Positions 27,027-41,462 of a stretch of DNA of 64,000 nucleotides are shown here, piece after piece (position 1 is the stretch's first letter; each line of letters starts with the position of its first letter). The notes below the pieces were generated by a model. It was not told the origin of the DNA. It made no database searches and saw only the letters and a program-made list of their open reading frames with translations. A program made the position numbers and the translations under genes. The DNA lies in contig OX597825.1 of the NCBI GenBank assembly GCA_951406725.2, forward strand, positions 14,508,001 to 14,572,000, given 5' to 3'. This DNA is from Octopus vulgaris. Its lineage: Eukaryota.

Positions 27027-27786
27027 CAAGAAGAAGAAAATGTGTGCATCGCTTTAATGGTAGTCGTAATATTTAAATGTTATTGTTGTATGTTAGTGCC
27101 TTTTTAATAATAACGACGATGAAGTTGTAAAAGTCTTTCCTGCGAATACTTTCCATCTAATGTTTTATTGAACTAAAATAGAATCGCGAGCCAAGAACGA
27201 ACACAGATAGTAACAGAAAACCAAAAAAAAAAAATTAAGACAAAGAGTAAAAAAAAACAAAACAATAAAAAGCACATCGTAATCAACGTAAGAGATGTTT
27301 TCTTAAAGCTATTAATCATAAACTGATGACAAAGTCCCCTTCCACAGCCGAAGCTCAAATGACACTTGAAAACTTCTGTAGCTGTATTTTCGCATCATCC
27401 GTCCATCAATCATGGGAAGAAAAATCGATTCGAGTTAAACCGTAGCCAACTTACTTGATTTCGTGAAATCGATAACTGGGGGGGTAGGTTGCGTCTCAAG
27501 CAAAGTTTACAAAATTTTGAAGCTGGTATATTTTGTTTTTTTTTCTGTTTCCTAGAGAACACTAAAGTTATTGTTTTCCTCTGTGTGTGTGTTTGTGTTT
27601 TGTTTCGAAGTGAGTATAGCGTACACTTTTCAAACTTCCTTAGAAATACACAGCAGAAAATATTAAGCGCAGACATGTTAACTTAAGCACGCACCAACAC
27701 TAGCATGAAAATTTCTGAAAGTAAAGTTATAGTCAGCAGCGACGATAACGATGTTGATTATCACGACGAGGACTCTGGCAAAGGTG

Positions 27787-27844
<58 letters not shown>

Positions 27845-27861
27845 GTGTCATCATTATCAAT

Positions 27862-28330
27862 GCGCGAGAGAGCAATGCATGCCATCAAAGTGACCCTGGG
27901 TTACAGAGATGCGAAACCCAATATACTCATCATGACAATACGTCTGATAAGGGTACACTAGCCACATGCATCACGACAATAAGTGTGCGACATAGTGATC
28001 TGCTATCAAGATAAACAGGTGAGACCCAGTTAGAATTTTCTTCAGGTTGAGTAACCCATCCCCCTCAAAATGTCCCTGATTAATGGTTGTTTAAGGATGA
28101 TGAATGGGGTTGAATTATTCAAATCCCAAAGAATCCTTCTCAACACGTGGCTCTGATGGTCTCCAGCTGCTCCTGTTCGTGATGGGAAACGCACTTATCG
28201 TCAGCCAATAAGAGACAAGCTCTACTGGTTATGGTCAAGAATTTGACAAGCACATTATGGTTTTGAGCAGAATATTTGCTGTAGTCCATCTTTTATACCA
28301 AGACAAAACATGTAACACACCCAATCAGTT
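27862..28330 (-). mobile_element. Degenerate second copy of the 26327-26878 element
   Basis: Colinear similarity (catgccatcaaagtgac, cccagttagaattttcttcaggttgagta, ttgagcagaatatttgctgtag). Confidence 0.85.
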
Positions 28331-28507
28331 GTAATTATTATTATTATGATTGTTGTTATTATTTTAACTTTTAATCTGCATGAGACACACCCAGAGTCCT
28401 AGGGCGAGTGAAAGATATGAGATGTTAAAGTATGACTTAAAGCTTGGGGAGGTGTATTCACAGGGGTAGTAGCGGAATATCTTCATGCAGTACAATACAT
28501 ACATTGT

Positions 28508-28634
<127 letters not shown>

Positions 28635-29209
28635 GAAAGCGTGAAACATGACTGCTGCTGCAATGCCATTGAGGTATAAAAAGGCCTCAAGTGGGCTCCG
28701 GTGAAGAAATCATTTTACCACTTTATCTTCTGTGCCCCATACACCAGAATCGGTGTAGAGATAAAACATGAAGAGTTCGGTGGTGAAACACCGAGCTGTT
28801 CTTGTCTCAGCAGTTCCATTTTATCATTTGCAACGAAACGATGTACAGAGATTTCAGATAAACGCCAATAGAACACTGCTCGAGTGAGCGCCTCATATTC
28901 ACGGTGGTTCGAAAACAGAATGTGGCAGTGCTCCGCTATGCTAAGACTGGAAAAACTAATCTCAAGAAGCTAAATGAGGACGGGAAACATAATTTTGTAG
29001 GAATTTTAAGATTACAAACCTTTGATTAAGACCAGACTGGCTCCCTCTCTCTCTCTCATGTTTAAGTGATTGTTCGTCAAATATTGTAGGGCCTCTCGAG
29101 GTAAGGTCGGGTTAGAATTTTGACTTTTAAACTTCTTGGAACATAGATTTCTTGTGTTTATATCCAACTTTAAATGTCTTTCTGCCACATAGTCATTACC
29201 AATCAAAAA

Positions 29210-29410
29210 GCCGTTCAAGGACTTGGACCTGGAGATCTCCATTTCCAGCGACTTCGAGGGCCACCTCCTAGTGGTGTCGGGCGTCAACGAAGAGCCCTCG
29301 ACTATAACAATACGACCAAAGTTTATTTGTTCCAAGGTCTGGGGTCTCCCGCCCCTAAGCCCTACACAGTCACCTAATCACCCTTATCCGTCTTGTTGCT
29401 TAACAACAAC
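29210..29410. repeat. Structured interspersed repeat, copy 1 (copy 2 at 52826-53030)
   Basis: Shared ttggacctggagatctccatttccagcgacttcg...gagccctcgacta...ccgtcttgttgcttaacaac. Confidence 0.9.
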
Positions 29411-31885
29411 GACCTATCAAAAATTGAAAATAAAATCGACAACACAAACACCAAATCTGATTAAGAATACAGATTTTATTCAGTAGAAGGACGCTCGCAG
29501 TCAACAAAACTGTTTATTTAGAAATAAGGGGAAAAACTCGTCTCATAGATAACCAGGAATCTATCACTTCTTCTCATTAACATTGACTTATAGTTGAAAG
29601 ATCATGGGCTGAAGAAAAAGTAGGACACATTTCAAAATTTGCAAAATGTGATCCCTTATAGAAGGGTCATAAAAACCAACGAATTGCAAAAACCTTGCCC
29701 TATATCAATGATGACATGAAATTCAGCCTCTTGCAAGCAATCAATATTTTCTCAGGAGCAAAGGTGAAATTTTGATTGACTATAAGGTTAGTGTGGTAAG
29801 GGATGTGGAGCGTAATTGTGTTTAAAGCATTTAGACAACGGAATATTGATGAAGGCCAGACTGGCATCATATCCTGTAATGAAACAACCCATTCTGGAGA
29901 AACTAAATTTCTAGTCCAACGGAGAAATATATACCAAGTTCTTAAGAATATACTAGACTCCTATACGAAAATTGTTTTGTTTGTACTTTTGTTAAGCCCT
30001 CTGTCCGAACTTGTTACTCTGAACCAAATAAATTTTGGTGACATACCATTAATTTTTCTTCTTTTTGAACTGTCTCGTTAAAATAAATTGTGTTTATACA
30101 TACATGCATATATATTTTTCTCAATATATTTGTTTTAATTTATAACGTAACTTGATATGATTCAATGAATTGTTCACCCTTCATTTAACAAAAAAGCATA
30201 CCTCTGTATTGCTTCTTATTCCCTCATGTTCCGTAACACTTTGGCATGTGTTTTATTGTATGTATAAACGAGGTCGGAAATGGGTGGGGGGTGGCGGCAA
30301 ATAAAAGCCTGAAAAAAATAAATAGCAATAAATGACGTTAGAATCTTTATAGATGTTATTGTTGTTAATATTATTTTGCAGATCACAGAAACGATGATAA
30401 CTTTTCATCATGTGACGATGGCAAAATTTTTCATGCATGAGAGACCCAGCAAGTATTTCTATTCCCAAAGAAACACTAACCTCGCTAACAACGACACGAA
30501 AAATAGCAACAACAAAAAATTCCAGTAACAATAAAAAAAAAAAAGAACTGTAATAATAAGACGAAGAAGAAAGCAAAGAAACACCAAAACAAACAAACCT
30601 ACAAACAAACAAACCGAACAAAAAATCAAATGAAAGAGAGATATTTCTAACATCAATCATTATTAAACGCGGAAGATCGTAAAGGTTTCGGAGTGAAAAA
30701 TAGCACTTCATCATTGATATGAGAGGATATTTTTACACAGAATTGTATTTTATTTTAATTGTTTTTTTCTTCCTATTTTTGCTTTCTTGTTTAACAGTAG
30801 AGACAGTTGAACGTTTATTATCGTTATGTGTTATTTGTTGAATGTGCTTTATTATTATTATTATTATTATTATTATTGTTGGTGGCGTTTTGTTTTTGTC
30901 GCTAATACCTTCTATTTTTCGCTTAACGTTTTTAAACTATTCCTAATGCCGAAATACTTAAAAGATATTAAGTTATCTGATACGAACTAAGAAAATATAT
31001 ACTATTTGTTTAATTTTTAAATGAGCGTCTTTATTCTCATAAGCAGACAGTTATATAGGATGATGGTATGTACATTATCTTCAGGTATAGGACACTGTGT
31101 GTGTATGTGTACGCGCATGTGCGTGTGTCTATGAGCATAAAAATTTCTATACTTATCTCTCTGCCATTTACTCTTTTATAATACAACACGTAACGAGTAT
31201 CGTCAAAAATGACGGTCTTCCTTTGCTACTAGAAGTCTTTAATACGTTAGTCTCAAGTGATACTTCATTTAAGTGCTTATTATTATAACGTACTTTAATT
31301 ACTGTTACTTTTCTTTGCCATCACTCATTCCTACTCCTTATTTCCTCCGACGCATATACACCCGTATTACTTTTTTCCTACGACTTCCTATGACTTCTTG
31401 TCTTACAATCCAAATCTGTCTCAGTCTCACCCTTTCATTCACCACTATTTGCCCACAATACTTCTTGAATTCTTTAATTTCTGAAGTAGTGACCCAAAAG
31501 TCAGTATGTACAAAAAAAACAATTATAGAGAACAACATGGCGCACAGAGTGCAGGATGTAGAATGGTTTTGACAGGGAGCCATACACTTTATCTTTATAC
31601 ATTAAGTCGATCAGCATCTGTAAACGTGGTCCAACACTGGTTGCTATGAAGACCCTAGATATCTTTAGGTTGTCGGGCCAACCGAAAAGTTTCTTTCATC
31701 CCGTCATTACTCGCCTGCCATGTGATGCACTGTCTGATATGGAGGTTGCCGTGTATTAATCTCTTCAGGATGGCATATGTTTTCTTATCACCAATAAAGC
31801 TTTTGGCAACCAAGAGAACAAACTCTATGCTGTTATCTTCTGCCAGCCCGCTGCCTTTGAATGCCATCAATATTAAGTTGCACGA

Positions 31886-32100
31886 AAGTCAGCGAACTGG
31901 TAGAATCGTTACCACACGGGATGAAATGCTTAGTGGCATTTCGTCCGTCTTTACGTCCTGGCTTTAAATTCCACCGAGGTCAACTTGGGCCTGCACGCTT
32001 TTGGAGTCGATAAATTAGTAAGAGTAAAGCACTGGGGTCAGTGTAATCGATTTACCCGCTTACCAGAAATTGCTGGCTTTGTGCCAGACTCTGAAACCAA
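31886..32100 (+). mobile_element. SINE family B
   Basis: gcgaactggtagaatcgtta...ggcatttcgtccgtctttacg...aaattccaccgaggtcaac...gtcgataaa...actggggtc. Confidence 0.8.
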
Positions 32101-32964
32101 TATTAACTTATAGAATATGTTACAACATTTCGTGTGACATTATCGAGGCAATAGTCAATGAGAGGAAGAATATAGACATTGTACCATAGTGGAAATTGAT
32201 TTCAGTATGTCAATGAAACAATATATTCTTATCGTTGTTTTAGTAATTTTAAGAATAAAGGAATGACAGGAAGAATGGTGATATACCGTTTCAATAAATA
32301 TCAATTTGAAAAACAAGTTAAGAAAGACTACATTAGAAACGTTAATTTATTCCAAAAATATTCTTTAAATAATTCTGTGCTTTTAAAGAATATTTCCTGG
32401 AATAATCATAAATGTTACGAGCCGCAACGGATATCATTGTTTGACAAATATGTCACGTTTAATAGGAACTGAAGATAATGGTAATTTTTCAGGAAGACTC
32501 ATACGTACTTAGACAAACTCTCACGTTCACAGAAACACATGCACACTCACACACACATGTGTATACATGCATACACATGTACATACGAACATATACACAC
32601 ACATTTATACACTTACAGAAACCCATACATATACATGTTTATATGAACTGACATTATATACATGGAGATACATGTGCGTGTGAGTGTGTACGTGCGTGCG
32701 AATATACTGTAAATTAAATATGCAAGCTTCTGTTTGGTCTATTGTGTGTTTCTATGATGTCTATCCTTATCTACGGCTGTATTTGTGAGGGTGTGTGCGT
32801 GTGTACGCGTGTCTATGTGTGTTTTGGGTGTATACATACTATATTGTTTATATCCATGGATTTTATATTGATTTATTGTTTCATTTAATAACTTATGCAT
32901 CACTGTTTCTTATATTTCATCATAAGTATGTGCATGTGTGCCTTTTTTGTATGTATGTCTTTTA

Positions 32965-33372
32965 CTCTTTTACCCTTTTACTCTTTTACTTGTTTCAGTC
33001 ATTTGACTGCGGCCATGCTGGAGCACGGCGTTTAATCGAGTAACTCGACCCCGGGACTTATTCTTTTGTAAGCCCAGTACTTATTCTATCGGTTTCTTTT
33101 GCCGAACCGCTAAGTAACGTGGACATAAACACACCAGCATCGGTTTTCAAGCAATGCTAGGGGGACAAACACAGACACACAAATACACACACGCATATAT
33201 ATATTTATACGACGAGCTTCTTTCAGTTTCCGTCTACCAAATCCACTCACAAGGCTTTGGTCAGTCCGAGGCTATAGTAGAAGACACTCGCCGAAGGTGC
33301 CACGCAGTGGGACCGAACCCGGAACCATGTAGTTGGTAAACATGCTACTTACCACAGAGCCACTCCTGCGCC
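32965..33372 (-). mobile_element. SINE family A, full length
   Basis: Reverse complement of consensus including TAAAAGAG-like tail repeats. Confidence 0.92.
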
Positions 33373-33419
33373 TATATATATTATACTGTGTCTAAGTCTT
33401 TTCTTCTTTTCCTTCTGTA

Positions 33420-33790
33420 CTTAGTCGTCCTGCTGAGGAGTGTTATTGTTCCATTCGAATTTTCTTTTGAGGCTTGGTCTGTCTATTACTATGTGTGTGG
33501 CTTCTGTAATTTATCTAAGTATTGTGTGTATTCCATGCGTTGATAATACATTAACCTATATGTTATTAAACCAATCCTCTATGTTCTAATTGAGCATGTT
33601 GGTAGAGAACGGACGAGCTTTTTCTCCCATTTGAGCTCCCGCCTATCCGCTTCCCTATACTACGTGCCGTCTCTCCAATATAAATTGTTGCCTTGTTTCT
33701 GTAGAAACAAGACAACGACTTACATTGCAGAGACGGCACGTAACCAGTCATATTAACATCATTTGCTGGTAATACTGTCCTCACAACACA
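33420..33790 (-). mobile_element. Penelope-like element relic: GIY-YIG endonuclease C-terminal region
   Basis: LQCKSLSC...IYIGETARSIGKRI...SSVLYQHAQLEH; downstream frame ends ...PSLKRKFEW. Confidence 0.75.
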
Positions 33791-34349
33791 GATGGATATC
33801 ATTCACATATACACAAACTCTGTCTCTAAAAGCGAATCATGTTACAAAGAATAACGCAAAGAGATCAAGATTATAAAGAGCTTTCGTAATTTCTTTAACT
33901 GTTTGACTATCTAATTTAATCATACTAAAGAGTAGATCTCAAAACAAATAACAGCTATAGCGAGTCATAACAAAAAATAAATATGGTAATGGAAATAATA
34001 ATAATAATAGACAGACAGCGGTTTACTGAATATACTTTATAGGAATAACAAGCGTGTTAAAGGTCAAATTATAATAGAAATACATGAAATTGATATCAGC
34101 TTATTAAAAGAAATTCAAGTAGCTTTGTTTAAATTATTGTAACGTCGTAGTCTTTATTTTAGTGAAAATGGTTGTGCAATAAAAAACGTTAGAGGAAATC
34201 AATACCATTTCATTGTAGTAAAACATAGTGTAATCATCTTATTTCTCTAACAAGACTGCGTGACTGTAAGGGACTTTCAACATGGTTACTAGACACGCTA
34301 GAATTGAGAGCAAATTTTCCTTTGTCACATACTGGCCTTTTTAAAAATA

Positions 34350-34742
34350 CTAGCAGTATCGCCCGGCTTTGCTCGGGTTTGTTTCGACCCTTTAGAATTA
34401 GAATTTTGGGAAAGTAAAAGTTTTGCATTATGCAGCTTGTTATTCTCTTTAAGTGAACATTTTTTTGGTTGAAATACACTGAAAAATAGCGACACAGCAG
34501 TTAAAAAATCGTAAAAAATAGGGATTTTCATAGAAAAAAAAGCATCTTTTTTATGTAAATAATTTTTGGTGTTAACATGGTCTGATTTGAAAATTTTGTT
34601 CTACGGAAGGAAGAGCAAGTCTTCTGCTATCGTACTCTCAATTTTGGTCAACTTGCGCCGCACAATCTCGGTGGAGATAGTGTTAGTTGAAGGCTACCAA
34701 ACATGCCATACACAGACAACTTCAGCTTTATATAGAGAGAGA
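34350..34742 (-). mobile_element. Non-autonomous Helitron
   Basis: Minus: A|TCTCTCTCTATATAAAG...cccg-agcaaagc-cggg hairpin...CTAG|T, i.e. canonical termini at an AT site with no TSD. Confidence 0.88.
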
Positions 34743-35259
34743 TTGGTAGGATACATTGGAAACACCATGTCCTAGATATAAAAAATCAAAGGAATGATTT
34801 CGGCAGGAACATTTTCAAGCCATGTCTGTTCGAGCAGGACTGATCTGCATTTGAAAAACCATTACAGCATATTTCTACATTATTATATGTTCCATGTTCT
34901 CAATTTTTCCCTACAATAAAAAATCAAATACAAGTCACATAGGGGAAAGTATAATGTCAGGAGTGCTTGAGTCATTTTGCCGTAGCCATCTTGGATGGAA
35001 AATAAAATATCAGAAGTGTTTGAGTCGCTGATCTGATGCTGACGTATTTGATAAACACGTTTTAATGCAGCTCCCGTTTTACTTGACCTGTTCTGCCCTC
35101 CTTTCTCTTTGTTTCTTTCTCTCCCATAAACTCTATGTGCTTATGTGTGTAAAGAAAGGGAAAGCGTTTATATCAATCATATTGTATGAAAAGATTTTAA
35201 TTTCTCTATCTTTCTCACTCACTCTGCCCCTCTATCTGTCTACCCATCTATCTATCTGC

Positions 35260-35327
<68 letters not shown>

Positions 35328-35977
35328 TTATACACACACACATATATATATCTATATATATGTATTTATACATATATATACATATATATTTACATACATA
35401 CATACATATATATATACATACACACACATATATATATACATATATGCATATATATAAAGCTCCTTTAGAGCGGGGTTGCGTCATTTGAAAAAACAAAAAT
35501 TTATGACCAGCGATATTATCAACATCTGATCTATCGGTCACGTGAATATATAGAGAGAAAGATTAGATAGATAGATAGATAGATAGATAGATACGTATCA
35601 GGTCCTGTCTCACTGTTTCTATCTTTATGCTGATATATCTGCATGTGCGCGCGTGTGTTTGTGTATATACGTATATTTGTGTAAATATGAAATTGTATCA
35701 TACATTTTACACCCAGAAAGCCTAACAAATGTATTTAGCGCTCAAGTCTTCAACGTCTTTACACTGATAATCTCTCGCTTCAGATCCAAACGTATGAAGT
35801 GCGTGAAGACATTTAAATTCGCATCGCATTGTTATAAATTTATTATTACGGATGTAAGCTTCGCACCATCACTTTTATATTTTCTTCTGTTGGATCCTTT
35901 GTTGAAGATGCCAGGAATAGAAGCCATCGGAAGCAATAACAATAAGTCGTCTTCCAGAAATATATTTTATGAACATA

Positions 35978-36448
35978 CAGCTGTAGCTGTGTGGTGAGAA
36001 GCTTGATTGCTAACGACATGGTTCCGGTCTCAGCCTCACTGCCTGGCACCTTGGGCAAGTGTCTTGTAATCTAACCTCGGAGCATTGTGAATGGAATTGG
36101 TAGACGGAAACTGAACGTATGTATATATTTATATGTGTGTCTGTGTGTCTGCGTTTGCCCCGCACTACCGCGTCACAACGGGTGCGACGGAAACTGAAGG
36201 TATGTATATATCTATGTGTGTCTGTGTTTCTGCGTTTGACTCCACCCCCCCAACTACCGCATCACAACGGGTGCTGTTGTTTTTCTGTCCCCCGTAACTT
36301 AGCAGTTCAGTAAATGAGACTGATAAAATAAGTACTAGGTTTTAAAAAATATGCCCTGGGGGTCGACTTGTTCGACTAAAACTCCTCGAGGAGTTGCTCC
36401 AGTATGGCCGCAGTCAGATGATTGAAACAAGTAAAAGAATAAAAGAAT
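35978..36448 (+). mobile_element. SINE family A with ~83-bp internal tandem duplication
   Basis: Consensus match; gacggaaactgaa...tcacaacgggtgc repeated at 36103 and 36186. Confidence 0.88.
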
Positions 36449-36464
36449 ACATCCCTATAACATT

Positions 36465-36640
36465 GGACGCGATTGTCCTAGAAGATAGAGCGTTGCACTC
36501 TCTATCACAAGGTCGGGGTTTCGATTCCCAGACGCAGGGCCAGGTTGTGTTTTTGAGCAAAACTATTCAGACCAACTCGCTCTATTTTAGCTGTATCTGA
36601 CAACCACTGCAATGGACTGGTATCTCGTCCAGGGCACAGT
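36465..36640 (+). mobile_element. Old tRNA-derived SINE with CORE-like and V-domain-like segments
   Basis: B-box gtttcgattccc, ttgtgtttttgagcaa, ctgcaatggactggtatctcgtccaggg. Confidence 0.6.
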
Positions 36641-36929
36641 TTGTGACCTCGATCACTCAAACACCATTGAATCTGAGTAACTAGCGCTATGAGATGTAGA
36701 ACACGAGACACTGATGTACAATATTTCTGTAAGTATGGATGTTTTTAGTATTGATATTAACCACATCATTCAAAGTAGAAATGGATTGATCTCCATTAAA
36801 ATTACTCTCGGGGTTCTTGTAAAAGAAAAGACTCAGAAACGATCTAGCCTTTAGCCATGTGAAAAGAAAACGACGGAATGGTTATTTACTGAGGTAATTT
36901 TGATTTTAGGTCTAATCAATCCATAGATT

Positions 36930-37285
36930 GACGGTGGTGGTGATTATTGTGGTTATGATGGTGGTGTTGGTGGTGGTGTTGGTGGTGTTGGTGATATTGT
37001 TGTTGGTTGTGGTGGTTATGGTGGTGGTGGTGGTGGTGATGGTGTTGTTGTTGTTGATAGTGGTTGTAGTTGTTGTGGTGGTGGGTGTGGTACTGGTGTT
37101 GGTGCTTGTGATGGTGGTGGTCGTGGCGATGGTGGTGGTGTTGTTGTTGATGGTGGTGTTGCTGGTGATCGTGGTGGTAATTATGGTGTTGATGATGATG
37201 GTGGTGGTAGTGTTGTTGTTGTTGTTGGTGGTGGTGGTGCTGTTGTCGTTGCTGTTGTGGTTGGTGGTGGTGGTGATGGTAGTAA
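36930..37285. repeat. Degenerate (GGT/GTT)n low-complexity tract
   Basis: Direct reading. Confidence 0.9.
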
Positions 37286-37892
37286 ATGTGACGGTGCAAA
37301 TGGTATCTCAGGATTCCGAATATATATCCAGAATCTGACTTTTATATTGCGACACCGTATGCAAACACACTACTCCAAAGGACAGGAAATATCAAACGGT
37401 ATATAACCGTCCTAGTTTAGATGCAATATTAATCTGCCTATGTCAGACCACTCGTGATTAGCAACAAAACACACTGAGTGTTACTTCAGAGATTGTTACT
37501 ACAGAAAACTGACGGCTACTGACAAAACCAGAAGCCGAGATTAATCATTCTGCATCTCATCTCCGTATAATGAAAATAGAGCTCTCCTTAATTAAAAGCC
37601 TCATTGTAAGTATACTATCATTCTATCTTCTTTAATTATCTTATTTGGTGTTAAAGCAACTTTCTTTAATTAGACTTCAGATCAAAAGTATCTCAGTAAA
37701 TGATCATTCAATCGTCTTCTTCTCACATGCCTCAGGCAAAGTCATTTTCTGGGGGTTTTCTTTCAAAAGAGGTTATAGAGTAATTTTAGGGAGACCAACC
37801 CCAGTTCTGTTTCTGAACGGCAGCATATAAGCAATCGAGGCGGGTTTCATGTCCTTTTCATTGGTGTGTATTATAAAATTAAACTACTACTA

Positions 37893-38370
37893 GACGTAGG
37901 AGTGGCGGTGTGGTAAGTAACTTGTTTACCAACTACATGGTTCCAGGTTCAGTCCTACTGCGTGGCACCTTGAGCAAGTGTCTTCTACTATAGCCTCGGG
38001 CCGGCCAAAGCCTTGTGATTATGAGCAGATTTGGTAGACGGAAATTCAAAGAAGTGCCTCGTATATATGTATGTAGATATATGTAAGTATATGTATGTAT
38101 GTATGTGTGTGTGTGTGTGTGTTCATGCGTGTGTGTACGCGTGTGTGTGTGTGTGTGTGTGTACGTGTGTGTATATGTTTGTCCCCCCAACATCGCTTGA
38201 CCACCGATGATGCTGTATTTATGCCCCCGTACCTTAGTGGTTCGGCAAAAGAGACTGATAAAATAATTACTAGGCTTACAAAGTATAAGCCCTGGGGTCG
38301 ATTTGCTCGACTAAAGGCGGTGCTGCAGCATGACCACAGTCAAATGACTTAAAGAAGGAAAAGAATAAGA
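37893..38370 (+). mobile_element. SINE family A, full length
   Basis: gacgtaggagtggcggtgtggtaag...ggttcagtcc...ttgagcaagtgtcttc...gcagcatgaccacagtcaaatgact. Confidence 0.92.
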
Positions 38371-39993
38371 GTTCTTGGAATATATGTATAGACAATTGAA
38401 CTTCTCAGACAATTGAACTTCTCTTCGATCAAGTAATGCAGAGATAACGTAGACCACGATGCAGTTTAATATGCATTTGTGGTTGATAAAGTTTGAGATT
38501 GATATCTTAAAAACAGACCACCATAATAAACCAAATCTAGTCTTGGTACAAGACACTAAACCCAATTCTATAAATACCAGTGACAACCATTACTTCTTAA
38601 TTAGACAGTTTGAAGCGTCGGTTGATTAATTACCAGCGTGGTAGAGACTAACATCCACCATTGATAAATATAACAACACAAATAGGTATGGCTTATAATT
38701 TATAGCCTAACATCTTCTCAGCATTTCTCTTCTTCGACGCAAAGAATCATATTGATATAACCCGGAGAATGTAATTAAAAGTAATCGATTAACATAATTA
38801 AGTGAAGTAATACATAACCATACTAAGATAGCTTCTAACTACTATATTAACTACGTGCTAACGCCATGTTTCGTAGACGCCAATTTGGCAACAAAGGAGG
38901 TTGAAAATCTCGTCAGATACAGGTAATTGGAAAATCAGTGACTTTTGTGTCGTGCGTGAAGTGTTAATTTAATTTTCAATTATCTATTCCAACTAACAGA
39001 GAGACGAGATCCGCGAAAGAGACAAAGCTCACCACTCTAAACAGCAGAATCATAGTACAATATGTAAAGGAATGTAATACTGACTATATGGACAAAACCG
39101 GAAATATAGTGGTGTTGTTTACAGTGTTAGTAAATTGATTATGGTATAGAATATATTTATTATAGTATAGATTATGGAATAGAATATTTTGGATAACCTC
39201 CAGTACATTGTTATAATTTTTCGAAAGTTTGAATGAGATATATATTCATATCTTATGTCGCAAATACATTGAGTAAATTTTGAATTATTTGCGTGATGTA
39301 GATGTTTAATATTGTATTAGATAGTTGAGTTTAATAATACATACCCAAGAGATAGATTGCAGCGGTAAAGCGAGCGAAATTATACAGTCTCTTGACGTAT
39401 GTTAGACTTAAACAAGATAATTAACTTTGTTTGCACAATGCAGTCAAATATGTTTACAAACTTTACCTATTACAGAATAAGAAATCTGGTATTTGTCGAA
39501 AGGACATCGCTCAGTCGATAGCTAACAGAATTACATGCTTACAATTTCAAATAGCAGACAATTATCTAAGAAGAGAACATAGCATTATATTATACTTCGC
39601 TATATATATCTACAGATCGGCTTAAACAAATTATTTGTTTTCGTTTTCAAGGGTAAATATTTGAATTAATTTTAATAAATGAACATTATCTACGCTGCAA
39701 TCCGAATTAAATTACATATCTTCGAACAAATAAATGGTTGAGAGTTTTTCATTGCTGACTCACTCGAGATATCGGAGAACATTACGCTGTCAGTTCTTCA
39801 TTTCCATGCGAGGAGCTTAAACGATCTAAATTACTGCAAAAAATCTATTTGCATCAAACGCAAACAAAAGCTATTTATTTCATCATCAGTTTCACCATTA
39901 GCAGATGTAATTATATATTCATTACTTCGCAACAACTGAAGTGAATGCTTGAGATTTTAAATACGATGATCTACATACATGCATATGCATACT

Positions 39994-40061
<68 letters not shown>

Positions 40062-41462
40062 CATGTATGTGTATATATATATCTATATAAATGTGTATAT
40101 GTGTCCACACACACACACACATATATATATTCCCCTCGCACATATATAATATATATACGTATGTGTGTGTACGTATATAATACATATAATTGTATATATA
40201 TATATATGTACGTTACATATACATATATATATAAATGCATAGGCGCATATACACGCATATATATATATACACGCATATATATATACGCGCATAGTTACAT
40301 AGGAACTCTCTCTCTCTCACCCTCTCTCCCTCTCACTCTCTCTCTCACACACACTCACAGAGACATACACACATGGACTCATATATTTACAAGAAATTAT
40401 TTCTTGCTAATTCATCAAGATATATATGAACGTTAACACATTTCATTTCCTGTTGTTCCACCAAACATAGCTGAGTTCATGGACCCCAGTGCGCAGCTGG
40501 TACTTATTTTATCGAGTCCAAAAGCATGAAGGGCAAATTATCGAGGGACGCTGTTGCCGCTCGCCCCTTTTGATATGATTGTTAATTGTCACTTCTAGTT
40601 TCCTAACTGTCCCCTGTAATATGTCAGACTCCGTGTTACTCGCTCACCAATCTGGTTCTCTGTCGTCATACTCTATCGGCAAAGACTTCCACTAGCGAGG
40701 CACTGTCTACTAGCTCTATCTAAGACGACTGCGCAGGTCACAAATTTGTTCTTTATTTTCGTTGTCCTTAGATTTTTTCGATGAATATACTGGTTTATGC
40801 CATTTTGGGTTGTTTGGGGCATTTCATATTCAGTTGCATTTTTCATAGTACCTTTATGGCCTTTCCCCGTCCTTGTTTTTGCGCCTTATTAGGGCCCGTA
40901 TGTCACTCCCTGTCTTCCTCCGTTTTTCTCCGCTATTTGAGGCTGCTTCAACGGGGGAAGTTCGAGACCTTTTTTTTTTACCAGTGCGTGTACTTTTCTG
41001 TAGTTCCTGATACAGATGATGGAGCTGTTGATGTCGAGACAATGGTGTAGGGCATTAGAGGTGTTTAGCTACTTTTATACAAAAAAACAACAGCAATAGG
41101 GGTTCTGTGCTCCTGCACAAGTAACACCTGGCACGCTTACCTTCTATTATAACACCTACGATAGACTGGCGATTGCACGGGCACGAAAGCTACGTTGTTA
41201 TTCTCATTCCGACACTCACTGCATCAGCCACCTCACCTCGCAGGGCTCATTTCACTGATGAGCAACCGATATCCCTATTTTACGAAGAAAATCGGTAGTA
41301 TGGGATAGAACAACTAACGTAACGATGGCCACCAGTACAAATTGATAGCCGCTGGCGGGGCCCTGTATTGAATCGACCTTTCCTTTCTCTGCGGTGTTGA
41401 CATATGTTTTAAGCAGCACCAACGTCGAGTGTTTGAAAACACATCTTATGAATTCCGCGGTG

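Noticed and set aside
28768-28800. ATGAAGA followed by a strong gttcggtg/caccgagc hairpin as a hammerhead
   Set aside because: GAAA and the cleavage triplet are missing after the stem
36916-37338. His/Gln-rich and Val-rich ORFs
   Set aside because: Degenerate (GGT/GTT)n tract open in several frames; no domain or convincing exon context
41225-41300. CTGATGA hammerhead core, or cct-cacctcgc-agg HDV loop
   Set aside because: No stem II closed by GAAA and no matching P1 strand
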